The notes under the pieces were generated by a model. That model worked only from the letters and a program-made list of their open reading frames with translations. It had not been told where the DNA came from and ran no database searches. The translations under genes were made by a program, and so were the position numbers. Of a DNA stretch of 64,000 nucleotides, positions 12,810 to 25,600 are shown in pieces (position 1 is the stretch's first letter; each line of letters starts with the position of its first letter). This DNA comes from Magallana gigas (taxonomy: Eukaryota): contig NC_088855.1 in assembly GCF_963853765.1 (NCBI RefSeq), positions 33,418,001 to 33,482,000 of the forward strand, in the 5' to 3' direction.

Positions 12810-14119
12810 TTAGGATATATCTTTAATCCTTCATCTAAAGAAGACATGTGTTGTTCATGGCTAAGAGATAAAGGAAAAATCCTGCAAGAACTAAAAGTTT
12901 TTTTTCTTGAGTTCCTTTAAAAGGACTGAATGACTCATGTATTACAAAGAAAGAAATTGTTTCTTTTAAGATAAAAACAAAATAATAGTTATGTGTTCTT
13001 TGTGTTTGCTTTACCTTAATTCTATGAGTTGCAAATTGCTTTTGTGAAATTTTTTATTTTTGCAAAATTTGCAGATAATACGTTTAGGAACTTTTCAGTT
13101 ACTACTTGTGGCCTGTAAAAATTCATGTCTAGCAGCTAACAAATTTCTAAATTATAGAGTTTTGAGTTTTATAAATTTTGAAGAAACAAGGAAAATTGGG
13201 GGGGGGGGGGGGGGTGTTTTTCGGATAGTGTGCATTTCTGATTATTATGAATTCCTTATAATTCTAATTTTTTCATTTACCAAGTAGTACTTTTATACAA
13301 ATATATAAAATATTAATTGCACGTTTAATGTGCACATATTTCATGTTTGGAATGACAACTTCAGTTGTTTACCTCCATAATGTTGTATCACTATGTGAAC
13401 AACTGTGTCCTTATGGCATTTATACTAACATCAACTATTGTGAACAACTTATTTCCCTGAGTAAGTAGACTAATGGCACTGATGTATTATTATTTTGTAA
13501 ACGTAAAGAATGCTTTATTCTTGTACATGTGCAATGTAATGGTATTGTACCCACTTGAATTATCAATTGCTTCACTTATAAAGACGTATACATAACAGTT
13601 GTCAAGACTTTTTAACTCGGATATCTTAATTCAGAACAGACTCGGTACATATGTACTCTCTACAAACTTGGAACTCATATCTGTGTGTGCACTGTGTCTT
13701 CTGATCATGGTATTGTTGTAGCCACATGGTCATATGCAATGTTCTCAATAAAAAATTATGAACAAAATTTGGACTGTTCTATTTCTTTGCAGGGAATTTA
13801 ACAGTAGCTTAATTTAGGATCCTTCTCACCTCTTAGGAAAGTTTTTCAAACAACCACAAACTATTTTTTTTAAGTGCATCTTGTTCAAGTATGTGTACCA
13901 TTTAAATATGCTGAAAAAATAGCTTTTAATATGTAATTCAGTTGTGGTATTCAAAATCTGGATCAGCAGGTTAACAGCCTGGTACTCTATGCCCTGCATT
14001 ACAAAGTTAAACGCGTTGAGACAAGCTGGTATAACAATGTCTCAATGCAATTGAATCTCCATGTTATATACAGTTAAACTCCGTCATATCGAATTCTCTA
14101 GGACTATTTGATTTAGTTT

Positions 14120-14224
14120 GCTATAAAAGCTAGCCAGTGACAGACAGGGATGGAGAGCCCTCGTTACTGCCCTATACGCCAAAGGCGTCACGGGCAGTAA
14201 GTAAGTAAGTAAGTAGCTATAAAA
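14120..14224 (+). mobile_element. 5'-truncated RTE-clade LINE 3' end (87 bp) with (GTAA)n tail and 9-bp TSD
   Basis: TSD GCTATAAAA at 14120-14128 and 14216-14224. The insert reads LASDRQGWRALVTALYAKGVTGSK*, resembling the RTE ORF C-terminal motif, and ends in GTAA repeats. Confidence 0.8.
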
Positions 14225-14443
14225 TTTGTTATGACCCATAAACGAAATTGTAATAATAAACATAAGAAATTCATTATACACGTATATTTACATTTTTCAG
14301 AGTCTTTGCCTGTGATAACACTACGTATTGATTTTGTACTATATAACCTACAACTTCAAATGACATATAATTGGGACGTCAGCGGGGTTTGCTTAATTAT
14401 ATTTAAATATTTAATCGTACAATGGCTTAAATTTATATAAATA

Positions 14444-14603
14444 ATAAGGAGTCATTCTTTGAGTATTATGAGGTGATAATTTTAGTCGGTGCGTGATCAA
14501 ATCCAACAAAGCCCCAAGGGCTTTATGATAGATTAGAATTTGATCAAGCCCCGACCAAAATTATCACCTCATAATACTCATGGAATGATTTCTTATTCCT
14601 TAT
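14444..14603. mobile_element. Foldback (near-palindromic) MITE
   Basis: ATAAGGA..TCATTC.TTGAGTATTATGAGGTGATAATTTT.GTCGG pairs with CCGACCAAAATTATCACCTCATAATACTCA..GAATGA..TCCTTAT. Confidence 0.75.
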
Positions 14604-16365
14604 ATCTTTTCATGTGACTATCATTTGTGGGGTTTTATTTGCTAATAAGGCATAAAAATACTTTTTTTTGAGAACTTTTAAAATCTTTGAATTAAGAATT
14701 GACAATTTTCCTTAAACAATTCATTATAACAGATGTAAATTTCTTCTTACAGGACTCATAATTAGTACACTACAATGTATATCAGAAAATTAGTTGTAAC
14801 AAGGATTTGTTAAGAATTTTGACAGGGACTTCAGACAAACTTCGCTGTATCTGAGATTTCACTTTATCTGTGTTTGTAATGAACGAGATTTACTGTACTG
14901 TCATAAAAAGTGGAGGACATCTAAAATATAACGGAAACTTGCAATGGAATGAACACTGATCATTGATTCATATCTTCAGTAATACTCTGTCTCAAGATAT
15001 CCTGGATTTACATTTTGCTTAATTGCATGATATTTTTAAATACCTCAGGGTTCAAATGATGTTCATTCAAAAGTATGAAAAATTTCCAAGATTTCTCAGT
15101 CAAAACCCCCCTGTTAGCTTATCAGGTTTCAATACAATGCTAAAAAATGTGATGTCTACGGGGATTTTGTATAGCAGTAAGCCCGGATGATAACGTTGTA
15201 AAATTGCACGATGTATTCCAAGTGTATTCCGAATGGAGAAAAGATGTAAACATTTCCCATTATAAATCTCCATAGGGAATCTTTTTTTGTTCCTGTGAAT
15301 TTTTCCAAGTGAAAGATGATAATGTGTTCATGAAATTATCTTGGAAATAACCCTTTCAACTATTTCAATTGCACTTCTTTCACAGGTATGTGTATTTTTA
15401 TTAAAAATCGTCCAAATGTACTGCATAAATATCTTGGGACAGACTATAGAAAGGATTTGTCCTTTGAAGGAGAAAGAGTGTTTTATTTTTCATCCTACAC
15501 CATTCTAGTGCACATTTGCACATAGTAGATGCCATTACGATGGTGACCATCTCAAAGGCCCTATTTCAATAAACAACATTAAGATTTGGTGACTTTGCTT
15601 TGACCTTTCTTTAATCTCTAACTTAAATGAAAAAACAAGATATAAACAATTTTGAAATAAAACCATTTTATGAATTGAACAAGTCTGTCACAAAATTTGT
15701 AAATTTCAAAATAACCTAATTATTATTTAATTTTCATGATGATGTAATTTTCATGATCACTTTTACATTGCAAACTATTCAATATGTAGAAATTATATCT
15801 GGTATTGTTTGCTTAAAGAAACTTTACTGACACAAAATATTACCGATACAAATAAAAAGAAAGTTACACATTTTCCCTATTTTTGCAAATTTTCTGACAT
15901 GAGAAAAAAACCCTTGGATATACGGTTTATGTACTGATAATAGTACCATAATAACAAGTTATTGCACAAAATTCTAAACATACCGTATATTTCAAAACAT
16001 TTGTACCTCTAGGTTTTTTTTTCAAGGAAAAGAATTGTCCAATGATTATTTACAATTATAGGCATGAATCAAACTTTAACAAATATGAATGTCAAATCCA
16101 ACATGATTTACAAAGCCTTACTTAAACTGAAGGCATATAAAGTCAGGATTCTGTAAAGCAGATCATTGTTGAATGATAAAACTCTTGTAACATAAAGCTG
16201 GATATATTATATCTATCACAGAAGACATTCAAAAACCTACATACTCATCATTATCATCTATCACACGCCAAAACCAGTTGAAATTGCATACACACACATG
16301 AAGTCAGTTCTAACTTTCATACAGTCAGTTATTCATTCTCAAAATGGGAGTGTTGATGTCATGAG

Positions 16366-19138
16366 TTAGTTCTGTCCATCTTCCTGTCTGTTTTGCGGCT
16401 CCCCCCAGTTGAAGCCCCCTGGTCGATCCTCGGGTAGGGGGTTGTAGTTCGGATCTTCTGGGGCTCCTTCAAAGAGGTATGTTCTACAAAACAACATGAA
16501 AGTCTTAGTTGAAATAAACATTACTCTAAATTTCTATTCCCAATTTTAAAGATATTAAATAGATATAAATATAATACATGTGTGGATATAATACATCTTA
16601 ATTAAAATTAGGGTATTTCTTTTTATTTGTAAATTTTCAAAAACAAAAAACAATAGATATGATGTATGAATACATTACATGTGGTTCTTTTTTTTTCTTT
16701 TTTTAAATTTTATACTGTTTTATCTCGTATAATTTTTTATTGCATAGCATTTCAAGTACAACATAATGGCTATTACAACAAATACCAATTCCAGAAACAA
16801 ATACACAATGTTGGCAGAACAAATGGGTAAGTTTAACTTGAAATTCCCCATAATCAGTAGTATTAGTTAACAGTTAAACCTTTAATCTCAAACTGGACGC
16901 GGCCGAAAATACTTTTGAGTTATACTCCAATTTGTTTGATATATTCAGTACATGTACCACTATTTCAAACACTGAGTGTACTTACAAAAATCGTGGAGTT
17001 TTTAGAATCTTGAAGCCACCTGGTTGCTGTGGGAAGACATCTTCTAAAAAGTAATAAATGTGACCAGCAGCAATTCCTGTAAATAAGAGTAGAACACATT
17101 GTTTTGAAATGCATGTCCTATTTTTTTTTTTAAAGAGCCTAGGAAATTGAAGAGGTTTACTGCGATCATTTAAACAATCTATATTGTTGTTCATGTACAT
17201 GTACTAAGGTTCATATTAAGATTATACACGTACAACAATTGAAATAACATAAAATTAGACATACATGTACATGTATTTTTCAATGAATGCAATTAGTTAC
17301 CCAGTAGGTCTGTGATTACTGAATTTCCCAGTAAAACAGAGAATCCCAGCAAGACCCAGGGAAGATATGGAGCGTGAAATGTCATTAATCCAAAGAAATT
17401 CATCCTCACATACGGATTACGCCGACTCCAAAGATACACTAGCATAATAGTCAATGCACTGCCCAAGAATACTAGATTCACCATAGGAACTAACATCTGA
17501 AAAGTTTCTTAAGGAAAACTAGCATTCACACTGATAATCTGAATACTGTAGATTCCAAAGTAATTTTAAGGAACTATTTTTCAGGTAAATTAAATTGCGA
17601 GAAGCTCTCCTTGCAGATTCAAAAATCTTGCTTAATTGATTAAATCATTTCATAGGTGTAGATGATATGGAATCTTTACAAAAGTTCAGCCCTTGCTACT
17701 TAATGTTCTCATAATTTGATACAGAATGGAAGGTCATCTTGCGTAAGATAAAGAATCTAAAGTAACTAAATAGATATTAACTACTGATAATTGTAATTCT
17801 TGTTCAATAAGACGAGGGAATTTTGAATCCTATTTTACACAAAGTGACTTTTCAAAAGGATACTGTTGTTACTGTCAATAAAGTGCATCCAAACAAAATC
17901 ATAAAGAAGAAATCAGCTGTTTTATTTCTAAATGAACCCTCCTCTAGCATTCGACAATATCGATAGGCAAATATTATGTTGAATAAAAAGTTAAATCCAA
18001 TGGAGCCTAAATATGTGAAGTTTGTTACCAAGCGCCACACCTAAAACAACAAAAGAAAGCAAAATTGTTTTTCAATGCTAAAAACTTTTTAAAAAAATAT
18101 TATTCATAAATTCAATTACAAATCGGCCCAAATTGTTTTAACTTTTTTTGGCTTTGCTTCATCAATATGAAAGATAGAAGAATAGTTTCAAAATTAAAAA
18201 TTCAGAAAATTTTGGAATAAAGAGGGCTCGATGATCATGGCTTTTTTTTAGCATGTATAGATCTCCTTTAAAAGAAGAGCTCAATATAAAAAAAAAAGAA
18301 AAAAAGAAGACATTTTTGATAATTACAAACATTAACCCCTAATTGATTTATTATATATACTTGTAATAAATATATAGTCACATATTAAACATGTGTCAAT
18401 GGTAATAGGCATATCAAATTAAACTTTTTAAATTTACTTTTACCTCATTACCTGATATTTTGAAAATACTGCTGTTGGATCTAAATATATCTGAAGAGGT
18501 GAAATTATGTCCAGTTGCTGAAAAAAATATTTTGCAGAATACTTAATGTCAGCATGAAATAACATATACCGGTATACATTTCAGGGGTAATCAAAAAGTT
18601 CATTAAACAACATGAGACCCATGGGCCACATTGATCAGCTGAGAAGCAATATTTGTAATCCAACCGTTTCTTAAATCAGTGTATCATAATTCTGCTCCAA
18701 CTTTGGTCCCTTGTTACAGTTAAAATCGTACTGTTTTTGTGTCAAGTCTGTTTCAATTTTGCAGCTTTTGCAGTCTTTATAACCACGGAAATCATCACCT
18801 GCAGTCTCATAGTTTATAGCCAGTCTAACTAAAGCCAGCCTCTCCAATACTTCTCTCTGTTCTATTTCACTCCTACGACAAAGTGAAATAAGAGGTGCTA
18901 CGGTCAGGGACGTATATACTATACTTAGTCGTCCCTGCTACGGTTTAGTCTAACTTCGCAATATAAGCGGGACTCGTGTCAAAATATTCTTCTATTTGAC
19001 AGTTTGAAAACAAAATTTGCTGCAAAAAAAAAGATAAGAAAGACCTACCACAGCAATTGTTGTCAAAACGCATGCAGTCGTGTAAGCTCGAGTGATAGGG
19101 GGCATTTCCATGTACTCTTGTTGAAATGTATGGGCCAT
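16366..19138 (-). CDS. DERL2: Derlin-2 (ERAD rhomboid-like pseudoprotease)
   Basis: Exons 19138..19049, 18517..18452, 18040..17864 (U12 donor; or ..17873 with the U2 donor), 17496..17301, 17076..16986 and 16483..16366, giving 245 (or 242) aa. Motifs [84 protein letters not shown]. Confidence 0.96.
18606..18645 (-). mobile_element. Isolated HINE/Helentron 3'-terminus relic in DERL2 intron 1
   Basis: The reverse complement resembles the 3' end of the element at 51794-53039 (CTCAG.TGA.C.ATGTGGCCCATGGG.CTC.TGTT). Confidence 0.4.
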
Positions 19139-19691
19139 CTTAATGTTAATTTTGTCTATCGTGTTCACCAAAACAATATTATATGCTAGAGTAAATTCGG
19201 AAAATCATACACCAAACACGTATTTCTACGCACGCGCACTCCAATAGTATATTTCAAGTAAGTTGTTCATGGATTATTCGATTAAGTAAAATTTTTGTGT
19301 ACAGAAATTTTCGCATTAGAGTGAGTTGTCTGTCATATACATTACATTAATTGTAAGATTTTAGATAACGTTTAATAACCGCAGACTAAAAAATCTAGGG
19401 GATTCAAAAGATTTGTTTGTGTGCTAAAATTCAGAGACATAACGTTAAATTAGTTATAAAAAAACAAAGTTATTTATGTCTCTGCTAAAAATGGACCCAC
19501 CTTTTTATATTAAGAATAATTTGATTGATATCTTGTATCTGTTAAATAACATTTAACTTTTACATCACAAATATTATTCTAAAGATTTATCAATTTTTAC
19601 AAAATCGATTGCAACGGGTTTCGATAAACAATACATAGTAGCGATTTGACCTGACACCGCTTTTTTAGTTGCACATCCGATGAAAACAAAT
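19139..19691. promoter_or_regulatory. Putative bidirectional promoter between DERL2 and SUDS3
   Basis: The start codons diverge 553 bp apart. Both ATGs sit in YY1-like AANATGGC contexts. Confidence 0.6.
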
Positions 19692-22600
19692 ATGGCGTCG
19701 AGTTACACATCGTCTCCTCGATACGTAAATGATACAGATTTCGATGATGTAGATAGTTTAGATTTAGATGATGATCGAGACTTTGATGAAAATTTTACCG
19801 ATGAAGGTAAATGCACTGAGAAAAATTAATTTGTACTTTTATTAAATCAGTTGTATGCATTGGCGCCAAGCATGCTGCAAGCACAGTCACTTGTTTACCT
19901 GTTTACCAGCTTTACGATTATCAAAAATGTGAATCGAAATTGTGTTACAAAATTATCTTCTTTGTTTCGTACAATACACGTCTAGCATATGTGGTGATTG
20001 TTTCTATCTTTGTCTTGGAGTGATTGTTGCATTTTTGTTCAACAAAGCAATAAATTCGAATTTCCTCCATTTCTATGAATAATTAGCTGTAGGTCCTATA
20101 GGTTGACGTTAAATAGTCAGTTATGCACATAAATGTGTATGGATGCATTTGAATTAATTTTCATATTCTTTTTGGGTTGAATTCATGGGATGATTTTTTA
20201 ATGAAAAATATTTTCATCAACATTTATATGGATTAAAAAAGATTACATTTTGTGGTTTGTTTCTTTTTATGTATTTTGATACCATTCAACTTTCAGGTAG
20301 CAATTAAATAATAACAAAGCTTTGTAAGTAACAAACTACTTTATGCAATGTGGTTCAATTGAGGAAGGCAAAATCTGTTTTAAAAACTTAAAGAAACAAA
20401 CTGTGAACAAAACTTGGAAACCCTAAAATATTTTTAAAGAAATTATCAAATATCACTTATAAATAACTTTTAATTTATATATTCTCTGTTAAACTCAATG
20501 TGTTGATGTTTAATGTGTTATTTCAAACCAAAAATGGTGCTGTTTATTAAAAACATATACATGTGATGAAAGTACATCAGTTGGTTAATGTTACACAAAT
20601 GGCCTAAATTTCTGATAGAAAAAATGCATATGAAGTGTGTCCATGTGCAGCTAACATTTTCATTGGATATTGAATCTTTCAAATTCACATTTCATATTGT
20701 AAATATTTAAATTAGAGTTATCTTTCTTGTAATGATATCATTGTAGCAATGGCTTCCTTCAGTAAGTAAATGATGACTCAGTATAATTTATTGAAATTTC
20801 TCTATCTGTAATATGAATACCTATGACATGTAATTTTTCTTCAACATAGGTTAATGATGATCATCTTTGCTTTATTGATCGCAAGATGAGAATACATATA
20901 AACCTATTATTTTTTATTTAAACTTACTTATGATGATGTGTTGTAATAACAGATACTCCCTCAGAGCAAGGTCTACTTTCACTTTGCATATTTAATATTA
21001 ATTAGTATGGTGCATGTGATTGAGAACATTGCTGGATTCTTCAAAAGAGTAACTCTTGCTAAAAAGCATGCATGTTTGAAAAAAAAAAAATTTAAAAAGG
21101 AAAATCTTTCTGAAGATTCATGTTTTTTGTGATGAAATGTTTGATTTACTTTTCTATATATTTGATCCCTTTTACTCAATAGTAGTTATTTGAGAATTGG
21201 AATAACTGAACATTTTTTGTTATACTAATGAGAATTATTTTGCAGCACTCCAGAAAATTAATATTATTGTGTGTAACTATTGTCCATAAACAGGCATTGT
21301 TGTTTTGTTCAAAAGTTAAATTAGGTAACAAAAATTTAAATACCAGTAAGTAAACTTAAAGCACTAAAATAATTTTTATGCATAAAGTGAATTTGTTTCC
21401 AGATTTTTTCACCAATGTACATGTATATTCGTTTCTCATTTTGGTATAAGTCAATCAGGAGTGATTTTACCATTTAAATTAAAAGATTATTTCACTCAAT
21501 AAATAAGGACTATAAATCAATGTGATTTGGTCTTTTAATTAAAAAAGATTGGTCAGAGTTCAATTCGATGAAATGTGACTGGTTTGTTGGTAATAGTCAT
21601 TCAGTTTGATGGTGATTATAGATTTAGTTCTTGACTTGTATGAAAATTCAAGCAAACAGGAAAAAAAATATATAAACCTCACTTCACTCTTAGACTATTG
21701 GATATGTTGAACTTGCACCAGATGCTTTACTTTTAATGTATATTGCATATTCTTATTGTTACTGCACTGAGCTCCATTATAGTAATATTTTCAAGTTTCC
21801 ATTGACTGAGAGAGAGATTTGTAAGTCTAGCAGTAACCTGTATATTAACACATTTATACTGTTAAAAAAAAATTATATTTAATTTCTCCATTGAGTGTAA
21901 ACTTGCATGTAATTTTAAAGATTTGATGATTTAAAGGCATTCTCAAAAATAGTCTGAAAGTTGTCCAAAATGTACAGATAAAATTGACATTGTTTATTTA
22001 AGAATGATTAAATTGTTTTGTTTATACAAAAGTCAATTGAAAATATGTCAAGGAGTTGTCTGTTTTTGGACAAATTGAGTGTGTGCTAGACTTGTCCAGG
22101 TGCTACTCGAGTTGTAATGGTGATGCCTCATTTTACTCAGGATCATGGCACTGAGATTTTAAGGAGAAAAAAAAACTTAGAGAGGTTGATGTACTAAACA
22201 TATTTTAAAACTAGTTTTACTAATGAAATGTTGAATTCAACATGGGTTTGGACTAGTCATGATGGACAGATCAAGTTGTTTATGTTTAGACTAATGACTT
22301 CACAAAGATTCTGTAAATTGATGATTTGTTTTTGTGCTTGTATTAACTATAATCTTTGCCGCAAAATTGTCATAGCCTTATTATGATAAAGTTTCAATAT
22401 GGGTTTGTTTTTATTAGTTGAGACATTGAGTGGTAGATTTAACATAATTTACTTTAAACACTTATTCACAATGATATGCAGTACCCATTAAGAAAAAAAT
22501 GAATATTGTTTTATTTCAGACACAGAAGATGCAAGTGAAACGGACATGGTTAAGCGTGAAACAGAATACACAGAAATCAAAGAGCAGTAAGTAATACTTT

Positions 22601-25600
22601 TCCATTCAGGATATACTGTTACAAAATAATGCCGATACATGTGCATTTTTGACCCCCTTTTTTGGGAGGGGGTGGGGGGTTGGATAACAGTTTCACATCA
22701 AACTAACAGTGTTAAAATTACATATATTATTATTAGTGATATTTAAAGGCCATTATTATGTATTTTGGAGAAAATATATATTTTATTTTTTTCAATAAAG
22801 CTTTTAAATCATGAAGATGCAGGTTGGTGTACAGGTTCATTAATTTTTGTAGATTTTACGAACATAAACTACAAAATTCAAATATGTAGTCATTAAATGC
22901 TCATTGAAACTAAGTTTCAGTCTGCTATTTTTTTTCTGTCTTTGATATAAGAGTCTGTACTGAAGAATGCATGCATTGCTTGCAATTTATTTAAAAATTT
23001 TATTTCTGTCTACTACTTCATGTACTTGTTGTACATTAATCAAGACCCTCAAACTCAAGATTTAGATATGGTATAAATAGGAAGGACTTAACATCTGGAG
23101 AAATACAAATAAAAGTGAAGAAAAAAAAATTGTTTAAGGTACCTCACTACACCTAGACTTATACTTTTTTAGACAGTACGTCACAAGATGGCGATTTAAA
23201 TGTTTTGTTAAACTGTTTGTATCAATCAATTCAGATGTATATTGTCATTGCTCAGTGGTTAATGTATCAGGATTGTGAACCGTAGATCATGAGTTCGAAT
23301 CTGCCTGTGGCTTTTGTTCATGTTTACTGAATGAAATTTTTAAAAATATCATTTTTATCCAAAATTGCACATTTTTTGCCTATTTGACATGTATACTTCT
23401 TATCCATCATGCTCTCTATTATAATCAATTCATTTTCTGCTGATTTGAGAAACTATTTGAAGGTGTAGTGAAGTACCTTAAGTTAATACAGTTCATGTAT
23501 TGCATGAGACAAAAACTGGATGCTGTTTTTATTTTATTTTGTAAAATGCTGAACTTCTTGCAGAATGTACCAAGACAAGTTGGCCCACTTGAAGAAGCAA
23601 TTGCAGCAACTGGAGGAAGGAACACTACCAGAGTACATCAAGAAACGGAAAAAAATTGATCAACAGTACAAGGAACGGATTCGTGTGAATGAGATCTGGA
23701 GAGAGTTCGAAGTAAAACTTTTATTTGATTCAATATCTTTATTAGATTTGATCAGCATCTTGAGTTTGGAGAGAACTGTAATTTTGTTGAACATCGTATC
23801 TCATGTCTTTTATTACATATACTTGATTACTTATGTTAATGGATGATTTTTTGTACTGAAGTTCAAGAAACATCAAAAGTTTATCTAAAATTTATAATCT
23901 GATATAATACATGTAAGATTAAAGAAAGAATCTGGTAAGTGGTTTAACATTCTATTATTTTTATGATTTCTCCTTTTTTCAGCTGGATGTAGTGGAAAGG
24001 GAATACATAAAGGAAAAGAAAGCATCTGTTAAAGATTTTGAGGTAATTGAAACAATTGTCCTTAGAACACCACAACACCACAGAGTTGACAAAGTTAAAT
24101 AACTACCCTTTCATGTACAATACTTTTCCTTAGATCGATGAATTGCTAAAAATTTGTAAGTTTATATAGTAAAAGATGGATATTTATGTTGTAGGTAGCT
24201 CCATTAATAGTAGTTTAATAGAATTTATTTGTGAAAAATATTTATAGATTGACAGGGTTAGCAATCTAACAAAATTTAAGATGTTTTGAATGTTTTTGCT
24301 AGAACAATCGTGCAATTTTAAAAAGATTAGGTTTTTGTCATTCTCAAATATAGATGTTTGCATTGAAATAAATGTGTTCCTAAAGAATGAATTTTATTAT
24401 TAAAAAACAGTGTATTAATTGTAGTTAATGTTCCAGGAGAAGAAGATTGAACTGAAAAAGAATCTTATTGAAGAGTTGGAAGATAAAAAGAAGAACATTG
24501 AAAGTGAAAGAAATTCAATGGACCTTACAGGAGGTAGGGTATATATGTTAGGAAAAAAGCCACACATCTAGGCTATATATTTCATGTCAGAAGAATTGAA
24601 TTGCATCTAAAGCACTGTGTGTTGCATAACTATAAACTGTAAAACTGTATCAGATATTTTTTGTTTTGTAAATTCCTAGTTTAAATTTCTCAGATTACTA
24701 CTGTAATTCAGTATTCAAATTATCAAGCTCTATTCTTGTTAAAATTTGTAAAATCTAAAGTAGGTTGTTTCGGCTTCAATAGAGGAGACTTTGAGGACCA
24801 ATTCACAGGGTTTAGCCAAATACTTGCTCTGTTTATGCACATCTAGCTTTAATGATATTGATATAAATGTTGCAAATGGAATGTGTTTTAAAAACAATGT
24901 CCAGAATTATATCCAGTAGTGATATCTCAACTTACATTAATATCATTGAAATTTCTTATTTTTGCTGATATTTCCTAATCAAACTACAATTACTATAGAA
25001 TTACTATAGAATTCAATTTGCACATTCTTAATCAGGAACTTTGATTTCACACTGTTTGAGACAATAATCGTTTACGGTGTGCTGACTCAGCACTTTCATG
25101 TATCTGAAATTAAATGATGTAGCAGTTTTGCATGGTGATTGGGAATCAAAATTATTGAACTTTCTTTTGATATTAGATGTATTATTTTCTCTTGTTCAGG
25201 GTTCCTGTTATCTGACTCCATGGAAATGAAACCTGTAACCACAAGGAAGCTACGTCGACGACCAAATGACCCCATGCCATTACCAGAGAAAAGGAGGAAA
25301 CAAAATCCAGATATCCTTTTAACATTCAATGGGTTTTTTTATGTCTTCATTTTCATATTTACGTCAGGTATCATCACCTATAATAACTAGTCCCTTATTT
25401 TCTTTGTTCAAAACTTTAAATCTATTTCAAATGGGATGGATGGCAGAATTTGTTTCTCCAATACTTAACTACTCGTAGTGCTGGTATTAAAGCATTACAG
25501 TTTTACAGGTACAGTTTCCATTAAAAAAAACAACATGATTTTTCTTAAATTATGCCCGAAATACATCATAATTATATGTTAGATATGAGTTTACTAAATA

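Larger units (their letters stand above)
14069..14897. mobile_element. Probable TA-flanked pogo/Tigger-type MITE relic hosting nested insertions
   Basis: TA|CAGTTAAACTCCG at the left and CGAGATTTACTG|TA at the right. The TIR is degenerate. Confidence 0.35.

Noticed and set aside
1-19138. Functional ubiquitin/ERAD cluster (TRIM, BTB, UBE2L3, Derlin-2)
   Set aside because: Ubiquitin-system genes are very numerous, and UBE2L3 works mainly with HECT/RBR rather than RING ligases. There is no evidence of co-regulation.
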